A DNA stretch of 64,000 bases from Mobula hypostoma. Its lineage: Eukaryota. Under the pieces are notes generated by a model. That model did no database searches. It saw nothing but the letters and a program-made list of their open reading frames with translations, and was not told the DNA's origin. This document shows, piece after piece, positions 35,935 through 47,720 of the stretch. Position numbers and translations under genes: made by a program. Numbering within the stretch: position 1 is the first letter of the stretch; every line of letters starts with the position of its first letter. Where the stretch lies: NCBI RefSeq assembly GCF_963921235.1, contig NC_086097.1, forward strand, positions 126,234,001 to 126,298,000, written 5' to 3'.

Positions 35935-38900
35935 CAAGCTGGCCACCTGTACAGAGCCTGCCCGAGGTGTGGGGGCACCTACGCACAGGCGACCAGGGGA
36001 GGTGCTGGCCCTGAAAGGGCCCAGGCAGTTTCGGACGTCCCTGCCAGCACTGCAGAAGAGGCACCCGACAGGACGGATGATGAGACCAGGGAGGAAGGGG
36101 CAAGCACCCCGAGACCTGCCACCCCACTGCAGACCCTCCAGGACCAAGCAAACGACGAGCAGGAGTCCATGGAGGAGGGGAGAGCTGAGGTGGAAACTGA
36201 ATGGAAGGTCGTGAAACAGAAAAAGACCCAAAAGGCGGCGGCCAAGCGACAGAAGGCGGAGCAACGCAAGAAAAGGGCAGGGAACCACACAGCCTCTGGT
36301 ACCCTGTCCTCTTCAGAGGAGGAAGGAGTTGGGGGAGGCCAGCAGCCTCAGCGGAAGAAGCGGCTGGCAGAACAGGTGGAGAGGAGGAGGAAAGTCTGCT
36401 GGCCACCCCCCAAGTACAGGAGGCGGAGAGCAGCAGACACACAGAGCTCCGGGAATCCGGGAGCAGAGCCACGGCTGGCACCCAGCAGTCGGAAGGGGAA
36501 GCAGCCCAGGAAGCCAACAACCCCCCGGGCCCAGAACCAGAACGGCCACACACGGAGGAGTACTACCAGCAGTACCTGAGCCCACAGGAGGTGGAAAACT
36601 TCACAAAGGCGGTGGGAATGAAGGCTCAGGATGGCAAGGGTGAGGACGGAGAGCAGCCAAAATAAAAGACCTACAATGATGGCAGACCTTAAATTGGCGT
36701 GCTTGAATGTGCGAAGTCTGAAGAGTACTGGGCGATGCGTCAGCACGCTCCAGTACCTGGACACTGTAAAGACCGACGTGACCTTCCTCCAGGAGTGCGG
36801 ACTACCACATCTCCGTAACTACCGGAGGTGGTCACGGTGGTGGAAAAAAGGTTTGTCTGTGTGGTCGGGGGGCAACGATTGTCGCGCTTCCGGCCTGGGG
36901 ATTCTGCTACGGGGAGGCAACTTCTCAATCACCCAAGTTAGAGGTGGTTGCGGGGCGCCTCCTGGTAGCAGACGTCAAATACCGGGGCACTCCGCTCCGG
37001 CTGATCAACGTGTACGCCTCCCCCGTTCGGAGCGAGCGGCTGGTCGTCTTCGAGCAGCTCCCACAGCTGCTGGTGACGTCCCAGCCGGTCGTTCTGGCCG
37101 GAGACTTCAACTGCACCATTGATGCGGCTGGAGGACAGTACCTCCAGACTCCTGAGGGAAACGGTGAAGACAGCCAAGCTGCGCGACGCCTTTGGCACCC
37201 CCACAGGTGGAGCACAGCCGCAAGCCACCTGGACACGATCGGACGGCTCAGCCCGCTCCCGGATCGACTTCCTCTTCCTGTCAGAGTCCCTCAACGGTCA
37301 GGTCCACCGACGTCACGCCGGTGTTCTTCTCTGACCACTGCCTTCTGAGAGCCACCTGTCGCTTACGGGAGGACCAGAAGGCAGGCAGGGGGACGTGGAA
37401 GCTGAATGTTAAGTTGCTGACCCCAGAGAACATCGAGGAACTAGAGAAGGAGTACACAGGTTGGAGAACCTTGAAAGCCTTCTTTGATTCCCCGGTTCAC
37501 TGGTGGGAAGCCACCAAGGAGAACATTAAGAGGTTCTTCATCCGCAAGGGTATCCAGAAGGCAAGGCAGGAGCAGAGGGAACTGCGTAAACTCCAGACAG
37601 AGTTGCAGCAACTTCTCCTTCTGCAGTCGAAGGGGGTGGATGTCAGGGAGGAATTGCGGGAGGTGAAGGGCCGGCAAGCCCATAACCTCGCCGCCGAATC
37701 CTCCAAGATCATCTTCCGATCAAGGGTCCAAACCGTGGAGCAGGACGAGACGTGCTCACGCTTCTTCTTCCAAAAGGTGCACAGGGGGAGCCCTGTGATC
37801 CACAACCTTAAGGAAGAAGACGGCTCAGTCGCGTCCTCGCAGACCGACATACTGAGGATCTGCAAGTCCTTCTATGCCGGTCTGTACGACGAAAAGGCCA
37901 CAGAATCCACAGCCTCCCGCAACTTCCTGTCGTCTATCACGCAGGTCTTAGACGACGGCAAGCGGGAGAGTCTGGATCAGCCACTGACCCTGGACGAGCT
38001 GACAGGCTCCATCCGCTCCTTTGGGTCGGGTAAGACTCCCGGAAGCGACGGCTTACCGGCTGAGTTGTACTCGGCTCTGTGGATGGGCTCAGACCTGCTG
38101 GAAGTGTACAACGCTATACTTCTGGCCGGCAGTATGTCTGAGTCCATGAGGAAGGGCATCATCACCCTCATCTACAAGCAGAAGGGGGAAAGGGAGGACA
38201 TTAGAAATTGGAGACCCATCTCTCTCCTGAATGTGGACTACAAGATCCTGTCCAAGGCTATCGCCAACAGGGTCAAGTCTGCTCTGGGACAGGTGATCCA
38301 CCCGGACCAAACCTGTGCTGTACCAGGCAGGAAGATCTCAGACAGCCTCGCGCTGCTGAGGGACACCATCGCCTACGTGCCCGACAGGGGGGTGGACGCC
38401 TGCCTGGTCAGCTTGGACCAGGAGAAAGCCTTCGACAGGATATCGCACACGTACATGGCGGACGTGCTCTCCAAAATGGGATTTGGGGAGGGAATCCGGA
38501 ATTGGATCAGACTGCTCTACACAGACATCCGTAGTGCAGTCCAGGTTAACGGGTGGGAAACAGACAGCTTCCCCATCAGGTCTGGAGTCAGGCAGGGCTG
38601 TCCCCTCTCCCCTGTCTTGTTTGTCTGCTGCAAAGAACCCTTTGCGGAAGCCATCAGGAGGGATGAGGGCATAAGAGGGGTGACGCTGCCAGGCAGTGGA
38701 GGGACCCAAGTGAAAACCTCCCTGTACATGGACGACGTCACCGTCTTCTGCTCTGATCCGAGGTCAGTTCGCAGGTTGATTGGCACCTGCGAACAGTTCG
38801 AGCTAGCGTTGGGGGCCAGGGTCAACCGCACGAAGAGCGAAGCCATGCTCTTCGGCAACTGGCCCGACCGATCCAGCGTCCCCTTCACCATCAGGTCTGA

Positions 38901-40270
38901 CCACGTGAAGGTGTTAGGGATCTGGTTCGGAGGGGCGGAGGCGTGCAACAAGAACTGACAGGAGCGGACTGCCAAGGTGAAACAGAAACTGGGACTGTGG
39001 GGAGGGCGCTCCCTGTCGATAACGGGCAAGAATCTGGTCATCAGGTGTGAGGTGCTCTCAGGGCTGCTGTACTTGGCGCAGGTCTGGCCCATCCCCCGCT
39101 CCTACAGCTCGGAAATCACCCGGGCTGTCTTCAGATTCGTCTGGGGATCCAAGATAGAGCGGGTGAGACGGACCGCCATGCACAAGTCCCTGGACAACAG
39201 GGGCAAGAACGTCCCCAATGTCGCCCTCACCCTGATGGCCAGCTTCGTATGTGGCTGCATCAGGTTGTGTGTAGAGCCCAGGTGTGTGGGCACCAAGTAC
39301 CACTATGTGCCCAGGTTCTACTTGTCGCCCTGGCTACGAAGGATGGGTCTGGCCCCACTCCCGCGCAACGCCCCAGTCAGCTGGTCGTTGCCGGCATACC
39401 TGTCCTACGTAGCAAAGTTCTTCCAGGAGAACGCCTTTGACCACAGGGCCATCAGGCAGTGGTCGGCACGTAATGTCCTGCAGGCACTGCAGGAGAAGGA
39501 CGTGATGGACACAGTGGGGTGGTTCCCTGAGCAGACTGTCCAGTTCATCTGGCAAAATGCCTCATCGCCAGATCTAACCAACAGGCACCAAGACCTCGCC
39601 TGGCTGGCGGTGAGAGGGGCCCTCCCAGTCAGAGCCCTCCTGTACGCCCGGAACGTCGTCTCCGCACCCCACTGCCCACGGGAGGACTGCAGTGAGGAGG
39701 AGTCTGTGACCCACCTCTTTGCACACTGCCAGTTCGCAAAGAGGGTGTGGAGGAGGATGGACGGGCTAGTGTCACGTTTCATCCCCAGCAGCTGCGTAAC
39801 AGAGGACTTTCTGATCTACGGGCTGTTCCCGGGGACACACACGGAGACCAACGTCCGGTGCTGCTGGCAGATCATCAACTCGGTGAAAGACGCTCTTTGG
39901 TCGGCCCGAAACTTGATGATCTGCCAGCACATGGAGATGTCCGTGGGAGAATGCTGCCGACTGGCACATTCTCGGCTGCAGGAGTACGTGCTGAGGGACG
40001 CACTGAAACTTGGTGCAGCCACCGCAAGGGCCCGGTGGGGAAGGACCACAGTATAGGTTTCTCCACCCGTGGGAGTGGGAGGGGTCGGAGGGCGGGGAGT
40101 ATACCCCTCAACAATGATATGGTAAGCTGAACTACTGGAGTGCCACGTGGGTGGCTATAAATACAGATATGTACTGTGTATAATAGAAACGTATGTAAAG
40201 GATGAAAAGTTATTGAATGGTTTATTGTATATATTTATTTTTGAATAAAGTATATTTTGAAATAAAAAAA
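35935..40270 (+). mobile_element. Tx1-clade (L1-like) LINE, 5'-truncated within ORF1
   Basis: Begins in an ORF1 zinc-knuckle end (AGHLYRACPR); complete ORF2 span; 3' UTR with AATAAA and an oligo(A) tail; GC- and CpG-rich relative to its flanks. Confidence 0.92.
36676..40056 (+). pseudogene. Tx1 ORF2 (APE endonuclease, RT, C-terminal CCHC), disrupted
   Basis: Motifs LNVRSL, FLQE, AGDFN, RIDF, FSDH, KTPGSDG, NWRPISLLNVDYKIL, GVRQGCPLSP, YMDD and CPREDC..ESVTHLFAHC. Frameshifts near 36941, 37130 and 37295; in-frame TGA at 38956-38958. Confidence 0.9.
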
Positions 40271-42593
40271 CCTTTCTGTGATTCTAAGTTAACTAAGATT
40301 TTAGGCTTGTATAGATTTACAAAAATTATCACTGATTTAGATTGCAAAAATTAGTGCAAATTAAAGGTTGCTATACTTTTTAAGAACTTAAACTTTATTT
40401 GGTTTAAAGAGAGATCAGATCTAAGAAAAGAATGCTCAGAAGACAAATATTTCACCCAAAAGTAATTTATATTTGCAGATCTACATTTCATGATTCATTT
40501 TTTGCCAGATCAGTTGATTTCAGTCCTCATTCCTAAGGATAGGGATAGATAAATAGTAGCAGTAAGCTATAGCAAGTGTCCTATCTCTAGTAAAACATTC
40601 ATTATTAAATATTTTTTTAGAAGTTTCATTTTTAGTCTTTTGTCTATCCCTTTTTCTGGAAACCTGGTCTTTACTGAGATTATTCCCAATATTATTAATA
40701 TACCTTGAGATCTTCCAGGCCCTCTTCCACAATGGAATCAATGAATGACCCCACCCAACAGGACAGGTAATAACCAAAGTGGGGAGAAAAAACAACTGTA
40801 CAAATACAAAAAGGAAAAAAAAAGCTTGATCAAGTTCAAGTTTATTGTCATTCAACTGTACACATCTATCTAGCCAAACAAAACAATTTTCCTCTGGGAC
40901 AAAGTACAAAATGCCAGATATATCACATACAGCACATGAAATAATACTAACAGATAATAAAATAGTGTAGATGTACAAGTTGACAAAGTGCATGGGTGAC
41001 ATACAGTATAATGCCACTGACATGGTCATAAATAGTGTGTACTTGGTGGTAGCAGGTTATACAAACCTATTGCCCAGTCTAACAGTCCTTGTTCTCATAC
41101 TACAGTTAACTTCTGCCTTACGGTAGGAGGTCGAAGTGATTGAGGGATGGATTTATGGGGTACTTGACAAAGCAGTAAGCTCTATAAATACTTCTGGTAT
41201 ATGTCCTGTTTGGGGGGAGAGAGAGAGAGATCCTGATGATTCTCTCAGCAGTCCTCAAATCCATTGTAGGGTCTTGCGGTCAGATGCTTTGCAATTCCCA
41301 TTCCAGATGGTGATACAGTTGGTCAGAATACTCTTGATGATGCTCCAATAGAGTGTGGTTAGAATGGGGGTGGGAAGCCTCACTCTCCTCAATCTCCTAT
41401 GGAAGTAGAGGTGTTGCTGTGCTTTCTTGTTGAGGGGCCAGGTGAGATCATCTATGACGTGCACTCCCAGAAATTTATGCTCTTGAACTGATGCAGTTCA
41501 TTAAAGAGTACATCACCTACAAAAAAGTTACTATTGTTAACCTGTCCTACGCTCGCAAGCATTAACAGCTGTTTAGTGTTTACTATTCTTGATGCTAAAT
41601 TATTTTATTTTACGGTAGGAAGCAATCACATAGAAAAATAAGTCCAGGGTCAGGGATTCAAGTTGTACATGTGTAGACAATCCAGACCTAAATCTGAGCA
41701 AAAGGAATATGCTGTTCATTAATTTGTAATGAGTGCACCAAATGGACAACATAATTGGAGCATAGCTTTGCCATCTGTTGACTATTTCCATAGCGCATTA
41801 GTTAAGGAGGATTTTACTGATCTACTCAAGTGGCCAGACATATTGACTAGGTCCAGGAAGCGCTCAGCCAGTGAGTTGGGCCTTGCACATCTAACTACGT
41901 CAATGTGAGGTAATGAAAAAATGGCCTCCATGCAATATTGGTGGTACAAATGGAAAGTGCATGTCATAAGATGTAGTTTACAGTGAATCAGGAAGATGCT
42001 ATGAAATAGTGATGTAGCTCAAAGTAAAATGTATTATCAAAGTACATATACAGTATGTCACCATACGCTACTTTGAGATTAATTTTCCTGCAAGCATTTA
42101 CAGGAAAATAAAGAAATACAACAGAATTTATGAAAATCTCTACAAAAGGACTGACAAACAACCATCGTGCAAAGAAGACAAAATGTGTAATTTTTTAAAA
42201 AAATACTGAGAACATGAATTGTAGAGTCCTTGAAAGTGAGTCAGTAGGTTGTTGAATCAATACAGAGTCGTGGTGACTGAAGTTATGTTGGTTCAGAAGC
42301 TGAATGGTTGTAACTGTTCCTGAATTTCAGTAGGTAACATGTCAGAGTGCTTTGGTGTTTTTGTCAGAATTTGGTTGGAAATGTCCTTCTGTTACTTTTT
42401 TTAAAAAAAAGCATAATTTGCATTTCGTTTGCCAAGTCCTGTTTCATTTTATGTAAATTTAAATTTCAGTAAAATTTGCCTGTTACTGGTTACCAGAGAT
42501 GTGCAAATAGTTAATGATCAGGAGCACCAGGAAATCAAAAATAACTTCACATTCTTTGAAGTATTGATGCAGATATGATGTTTATCATGTTTA

Positions 42594-42838
42594 ACTGGCT
42601 GGTGGCGTAGTGGCATCAGCGCTGGACTTTGGGGCGAGCTCTCGAGTTCGAATCCGGCTGGCTCCCTTGCATGCTATCCTTCCGTGCCTGGGTTGAGTGT
42701 TGAGCTGACAACTTGACCTCGTTTAAAAAAAACCTGGAGAGGGATGGGCTCCGCCAGGTTTCAGATGCCCAAGGCACCGTACGATGAGCATTACAAAGTT
42801 TGTCATGATGGCGCCCCAATGACTCCACCAGGAGTTAC

Positions 42839-42886
<48 letters not shown>
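42594..42886 (+). mobile_element. Young tRNA-derived SINE with a (CA)n tail
   Basis: A box TGGCGTAGTGG at 42603-42613 and B box GAGTTCGAATCC at 42644-42655; CpGs retained; possible TSD TGTTTA at 42588-42593 and 42887-42892. Confidence 0.8.
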
Positions 42887-42888
<2 letters not shown>

Positions 42889-43589
42889 TTTACATTCACA
42901 CACTTTTTGCTCCCACTGAAATTCATATAATGTATATGTAATGTGGAAGCAGATTCATTGGTTTGGTTAGTGAGACAGAAAACTCTGACTATGAATCAGT
43001 GTATTAATTATAAACAGTAAAAAAAAATTGACCAAGCACATAAGTTCTCCAAGTTACACAAACTACAAAACTAAATATTCAACAAACAGATACTTAGTTA
43101 AAAGTGCACATGGAGTATACCTTCCAAAGAGCTCTGTGCAGCAAGCCTTAGACAAGGGAGAGTGAGGAAAAAAAACTCCCATGCCTGCTATTCTTTATAC
43201 CCAGGGTATTCAAAACTGGACACTGGGTGCTGTGGTGCGCAAGTCAGCCATTGGGAAGAGTGGTTGCGGTTTTTAAATGCATCAGTCACAATCAATATTT
43301 CAGAAGTGGCTTTTGACTGGCAAATAAGCCACACCCCCTCACCCAACCCTCAGACTAGTAGAACCTTGTGAACTCTCTGCTAAACTACATATAAAAACAC
43401 AAAAGTACAGTATCCACTTGCCATCCACCTTGTTCCTGTGCTTATCATTCTACCTACACCAATATTCTGTCTGGTGGGGAAATCACTTTTAAGAGTCAGG
43501 ATCTTCCAATTAAACAGATGGTATGAAGGGATTTTTTTTGCTGATTCAGGGCAACATTGAAGGTCCTTCATCTCTTGTAGTATTCATGG

Positions 43590-43945
43590 CTTCCTTCATT
43601 GTGTCAGTAGCTTCTTCTTGGTTTACTATCAGTCATACAAGTCTTGGGTAAAGACTCAGGAACACCATCGCACACAGATGTAGAAGGATTCTTCATTGCT
43701 GTTTCTCCATAACAATTTTGTTTTACCAGTCAGGGCTGTTAGCCCTGAGGTGAACCCCTGAACCTGGAGGATTGGTGGGCTGGTGGACCACTCTTAGTCT
43801 AACCTCTACCTTTTGACCCATTTGCCACGGGTGACCCTACAGAGAGCCAAAGCATAAAGCCATGATTCCATCCAGCATAGGTGTCCAGGTCATTGAGGCA
43901 TGCAAGCCTGCAAACCACGACAAGGTTGTGGTCCTCTTGGAGGAG
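43590..43945 (-). mobile_element. Short RTE-derived element (same family as 27290-27690)
   Basis: Reverse complement aligns by eye to 27290-27520. Confidence 0.6.
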
Positions 43946-44507
43946 GTAGGGAAATACCAGCCCTTAAAGCACTTACTCCACCTATGAAGGCTCAAGGCTG
44001 ATAAAATACAATGGATTGAGATTGGCTGGAATAGATTACTCACTCCTGGTTCCTTTCAAAACAGAATGCCAAAATCCCAGAAGCCAAATATTTTCTCCTA
44101 CAATCTTTTTCCTTGTCACGAAAAGGGACCATTATTAGCAGCATCCCTTCCGCAATGTAGTAAGGAATCCTCAAACAAATGCAGCCGTCTGACCCACTAG
44201 CCTGGGGTGCAAATTCAAACACCATCCCCAGGAATGTATTCCAGGATCTCCCACCACATCCAACACGTTGCCATTCTGTAATGCAGGGAGATACAAATGC
44301 AATTGCACCTGATTAGTCACTGAGTATTTAGAAAATACAAAAAAAACCCCAAAAACTACTGGAATTGATCCCCTAATTCCTATGCCCCCTCTTAAATGTG
44401 GGCATCTCATACGCTGAATAAAGTTGTCCAAGTTTCTACTCCATCAACTCAAATTTCACACATGGCCAGTGTGAAATGTGATATATCCCTAAAACCAATT
44501 GCATGGA

Positions 44508-44657
44508 AAATAAGTAACAGACTAAGAACATAGGATACAAAGTAACAGACTAATACACAGGAAACAACATAGCAGACTAAAAGCACAAGAAAAAAGTAAC
44601 AGGCCAAAAACACAAGAAACAAATTACAGACTGAAAACACAAGAAATAATACAGGCT
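44508..44657 (+). repeat. Degenerate ~27-bp minisatellite (~5.5 units)
   Basis: Recurring unit of roughly AAAGTAACAGACTAAAAACACAAGAAAC. Confidence 0.7.
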
Positions 44658-44749
44658 TGTATTTCTCTTCCTTAAAAAATCTTCACATGGAACTGCAAAA
44701 TTTAAAACAGTTAATTCCCACAGGGCAAATGCATTTAGAAAACAAAAAG

Positions 44750-47644
44750 GTGTCGCTTTTTGCAAATAAAGCTGCATGAGGCATTTTATGTTTAAGTAAA
44801 CCGTAACAACTCATTTATTGTACTGCAAACAATGAACGTGAAGCACGGTAACAGAACTCTACATAATTATGTCATCCAGTCAGATCAGCCTTTTAAAGTG
44901 AACTTTAGCTCGATGTCCGTGACTGTGAATTATGTATGTTTCCACCAATTACATCACCCTTCCAAAGAACCCCCAGAATTCACTAAAACAGGCATTGTGA
45001 GTCTGTCCGGAGCTTGGACGAGCCACCTAGCTCGAGTGCTGTATTCCATGGGTGGAGGAACAGCAGGGGGCTCTGGCTCACCCACAGCCATGTTGACATG
45101 CTCATGATCATATCATGATGGCAGGGGCGTGGTAGCAGAACCCTCCGAATCTTGGTGGGTCGTTTAAGGTGATCTACCAAAATACATTCCAGTTTACCCC
45201 CCTTATCTATGATAAAAGTCCTCTCTCTCCATTCCAAAACATGGAATGGGCCATTGTATGGGGGCCTAAGGAGACGTAGATAAAAACAAATGAGGTAGAA
45301 TGTAGGTCAACAGGAACCCAAGGATGCTGTACGCCATGATGGGAGATAGGAATGGGTGCAAAGGAATTGAATTTACTGAGAGGGTGAAATGCCATTGAGA
45401 GGCCGACCTGGCAGTTGTGGTGTCAGGAATAAAATCACCTGGTACTTGTAACGTCTGCCTATATACCAAATCAGCTGCAGATGACTGCGGTCCTCTTTTG
45501 GAGTTGTTCTGAGCCCCAGCAGGACCCAAGTGACACGATCGTGCCAACAATCATATGTCAGGGAAGCCCTCAGGAGTCTTTAAGAAGCGGTCAAACCGCT
45601 TGCATAGCCTATTGGACTGCAGGTGATTGGTGTGATGTAGCCTAACACAGACGTTCTGGGCCAGTGCAGCTCAGAGGTCTGATATGAATTGGGGATTGTG
45701 GTTAGACGAAATATCAAATGGGATGCCAAACTAAGCAACACAGGTGCTGAGGATCACCAGAGCCACATCTGTGGCTGTCATCGATGCTAGAGGGACAACC
45801 TCTGGCCACTTGGTGGTACGGTCCACCATTGTAAGAAGGCGCATGAAACCACAGAAGGTTGGGGCGGGGGGGTGCAGGGGAAGAGGACACATGTCCCTTC
45901 TAAGGTTGTGCCACACAACCAGTTTCTGTGAGGTCTTCCAGCCCAGATACGAGCGGCCATGTATGGAATCAAAAACAGTCCGCCTCCAATCTGCGAACAC
46001 GATGGGGCCAGGGCAACGGGTTGAGACATTGCACAGGAAAGAAACCCCAACTTCCTCCACTAAATGTCGGCCAACTGCACGCCCATGACTGCTGTTTGGT
46101 AAGCCTGGACCTCAGGGTCAATAGCTTGGTCGGCTGCCATGCCGGTACAGTCAACCCTCAATGGCTGGCTGTGAGAGGCAATCAGCCATGGGATTACCTT
46201 TCCTCTTGGTATGTTATATATCAGTTGTGAACTCTGATATGTAGGCCAGCTGGTATTGCAGCCGCGCAGACCATATTTTGATCTTCGTGAGCACGAGGGG
46301 TTTGTGGTCAACACATACTGTGAACTGGCGACCCTCTAGAAGAAAATGGAAACGATGGACAACCAGATAGAGACTGAGGAGCTCACAGTCAAATGTTCTG
46401 TACTTACTTTTGGGGGGACAGAGCTGTTGGCTGAAGAAGGTGAGCAGCTGCCACACATTTCCCACCAACTGTTAGTGCACAACACCCACAGTATAGTCTG
46501 AAGCATCAGTAGGTGTGTTGGGGAGCGGGTGCGCCAGTAGGGTTACGTTGGAAAGAGCTCGTCTGATATCATCAAATGCACTGGTCATGTCCGCTGAACA
46601 GTCAAGCATGAGATCAGAGGTATTGCCTTTAAGCACACTATAACAGGGGAAGCATAAGTTTAGCAGCTCATGGATTGGAGTAGTGATAGAAATTCATCGC
46701 ACCTAAAAACTGCTGTAGTTTTTTAGTAGTGTGGGCCAGTGGGGAATCCAGAATACAAGCTACTTGATGGGAAGGGTATTGTATCTTCTGCGGAGATGCG
46801 ATGGCTAAGAAAGTCAATGGTTGATAACCCAAACTGGCATTTAGCAGGGTTAATAATCTACCCGTGTTGGCATAAGCACTCCAAAAGTGTGAGGAGCTGG
46901 GATATGTGTCCGGATTTAGATACACTGGTGACAAGTATGTCATCCAGGTAAACAAACAGGAAAACTAAGTTTTTCAATACAGAGGCAATCAGCCATTGGA
47001 ACACCTGTGCTGCATTTTTCAGTCCAAATGGCATGTGCAGAAACTCAAAGAGGCCAAACAGGTGATTTCCCAGGGAGATATGGTCCATTATCTCAAACGG
47101 CTTAGCATTGCTGAGGCTGGGCAAGAAGAGCATCTGTTTGGCACAATTAGACTCCAATAGTCCAAAAATCTGTAACAAGTGGGTTTTCAGTGATTGGTAT
47201 TTATCGTGTTCAGGCGGGTCTTCTGGCAAACTCACCATGCTCACAGCCATGGAGTTGCTGAGCGATGCCACCTCATAGTAGAATTTGGTGTTGTCGGCGG
47301 AAATGGGGCCTCAGCTTGTACAAAAACCAAACAATAGCAATTTGCTCCTAAAGCTTCGACAGTTTCAAAATGACTGCACTGGCTGACACGTTCGATAACT
47401 CTTGAATCATTGTAAAGGACAGAGGTTACCAAACAGGTTTTTGCTAATAAAACTGGATGAGGCACTTTATATTTAAAAAAACTGTAACAACTCATTTATT
47501 GTACCGCCAACACTGAACACAAAGCGCAATTACAAAACTTCATGTAATTACGTCATCATGTCAATCAAGCCTCTTAAAGGGAAGCCCGACTGAATGTTGG
47601 TGATAGTGTATTGTGTATGGTTACACCAATTACATTACCCTACA
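44750..47644 (-). mobile_element. Gypsy/Ty3 LTR retrotransposon remnant with both LTRs and a heavily deleted interior
   Basis: Direct repeats at ~44750-44964 and ~47437-47644 (minus strand starts TGTAGGG). RT MPFGLKNAAQVFQ..VYLDDILV; RNase H FDCELLSLY..VDHKPL; integrase LTMVDRTTKWPEVVPL. Order is RT-RH-IN, with a G-tract before the 3' LTR. Confidence 0.88.
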
Positions 47645-47720
47645 GGAGAAGGAAAAAAAACGCGCGCAATGCTGCATTCTCATCCTGAAGACCCACGAGC
47701 ATCTTGGGCTGGTTCATTTG

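Noticed and set aside
37192..38958. 588-aa ORF as a domesticated host gene
   Set aside because: It is the middle of a Tx1 ORF2, bounded by a frameshift and a premature TGA; the element keeps its UTR and A-tail.
35891..39782. Overlapping minus-strand ORFs within the Tx1
   Set aside because: Expected shadow ORFs in GC-rich coding sequence, with no recognisable domains.
42597..42667. Possible tRNA gene
   Set aside because: It has A and B boxes but no convincing cloverleaf, and it runs into a SINE body with a (CA)n tail.
44508..44657. CRISPR-like periodicity
   Set aside because: The units are degenerate and contiguous with no unique spacers; the context is eukaryotic with no cas genes.
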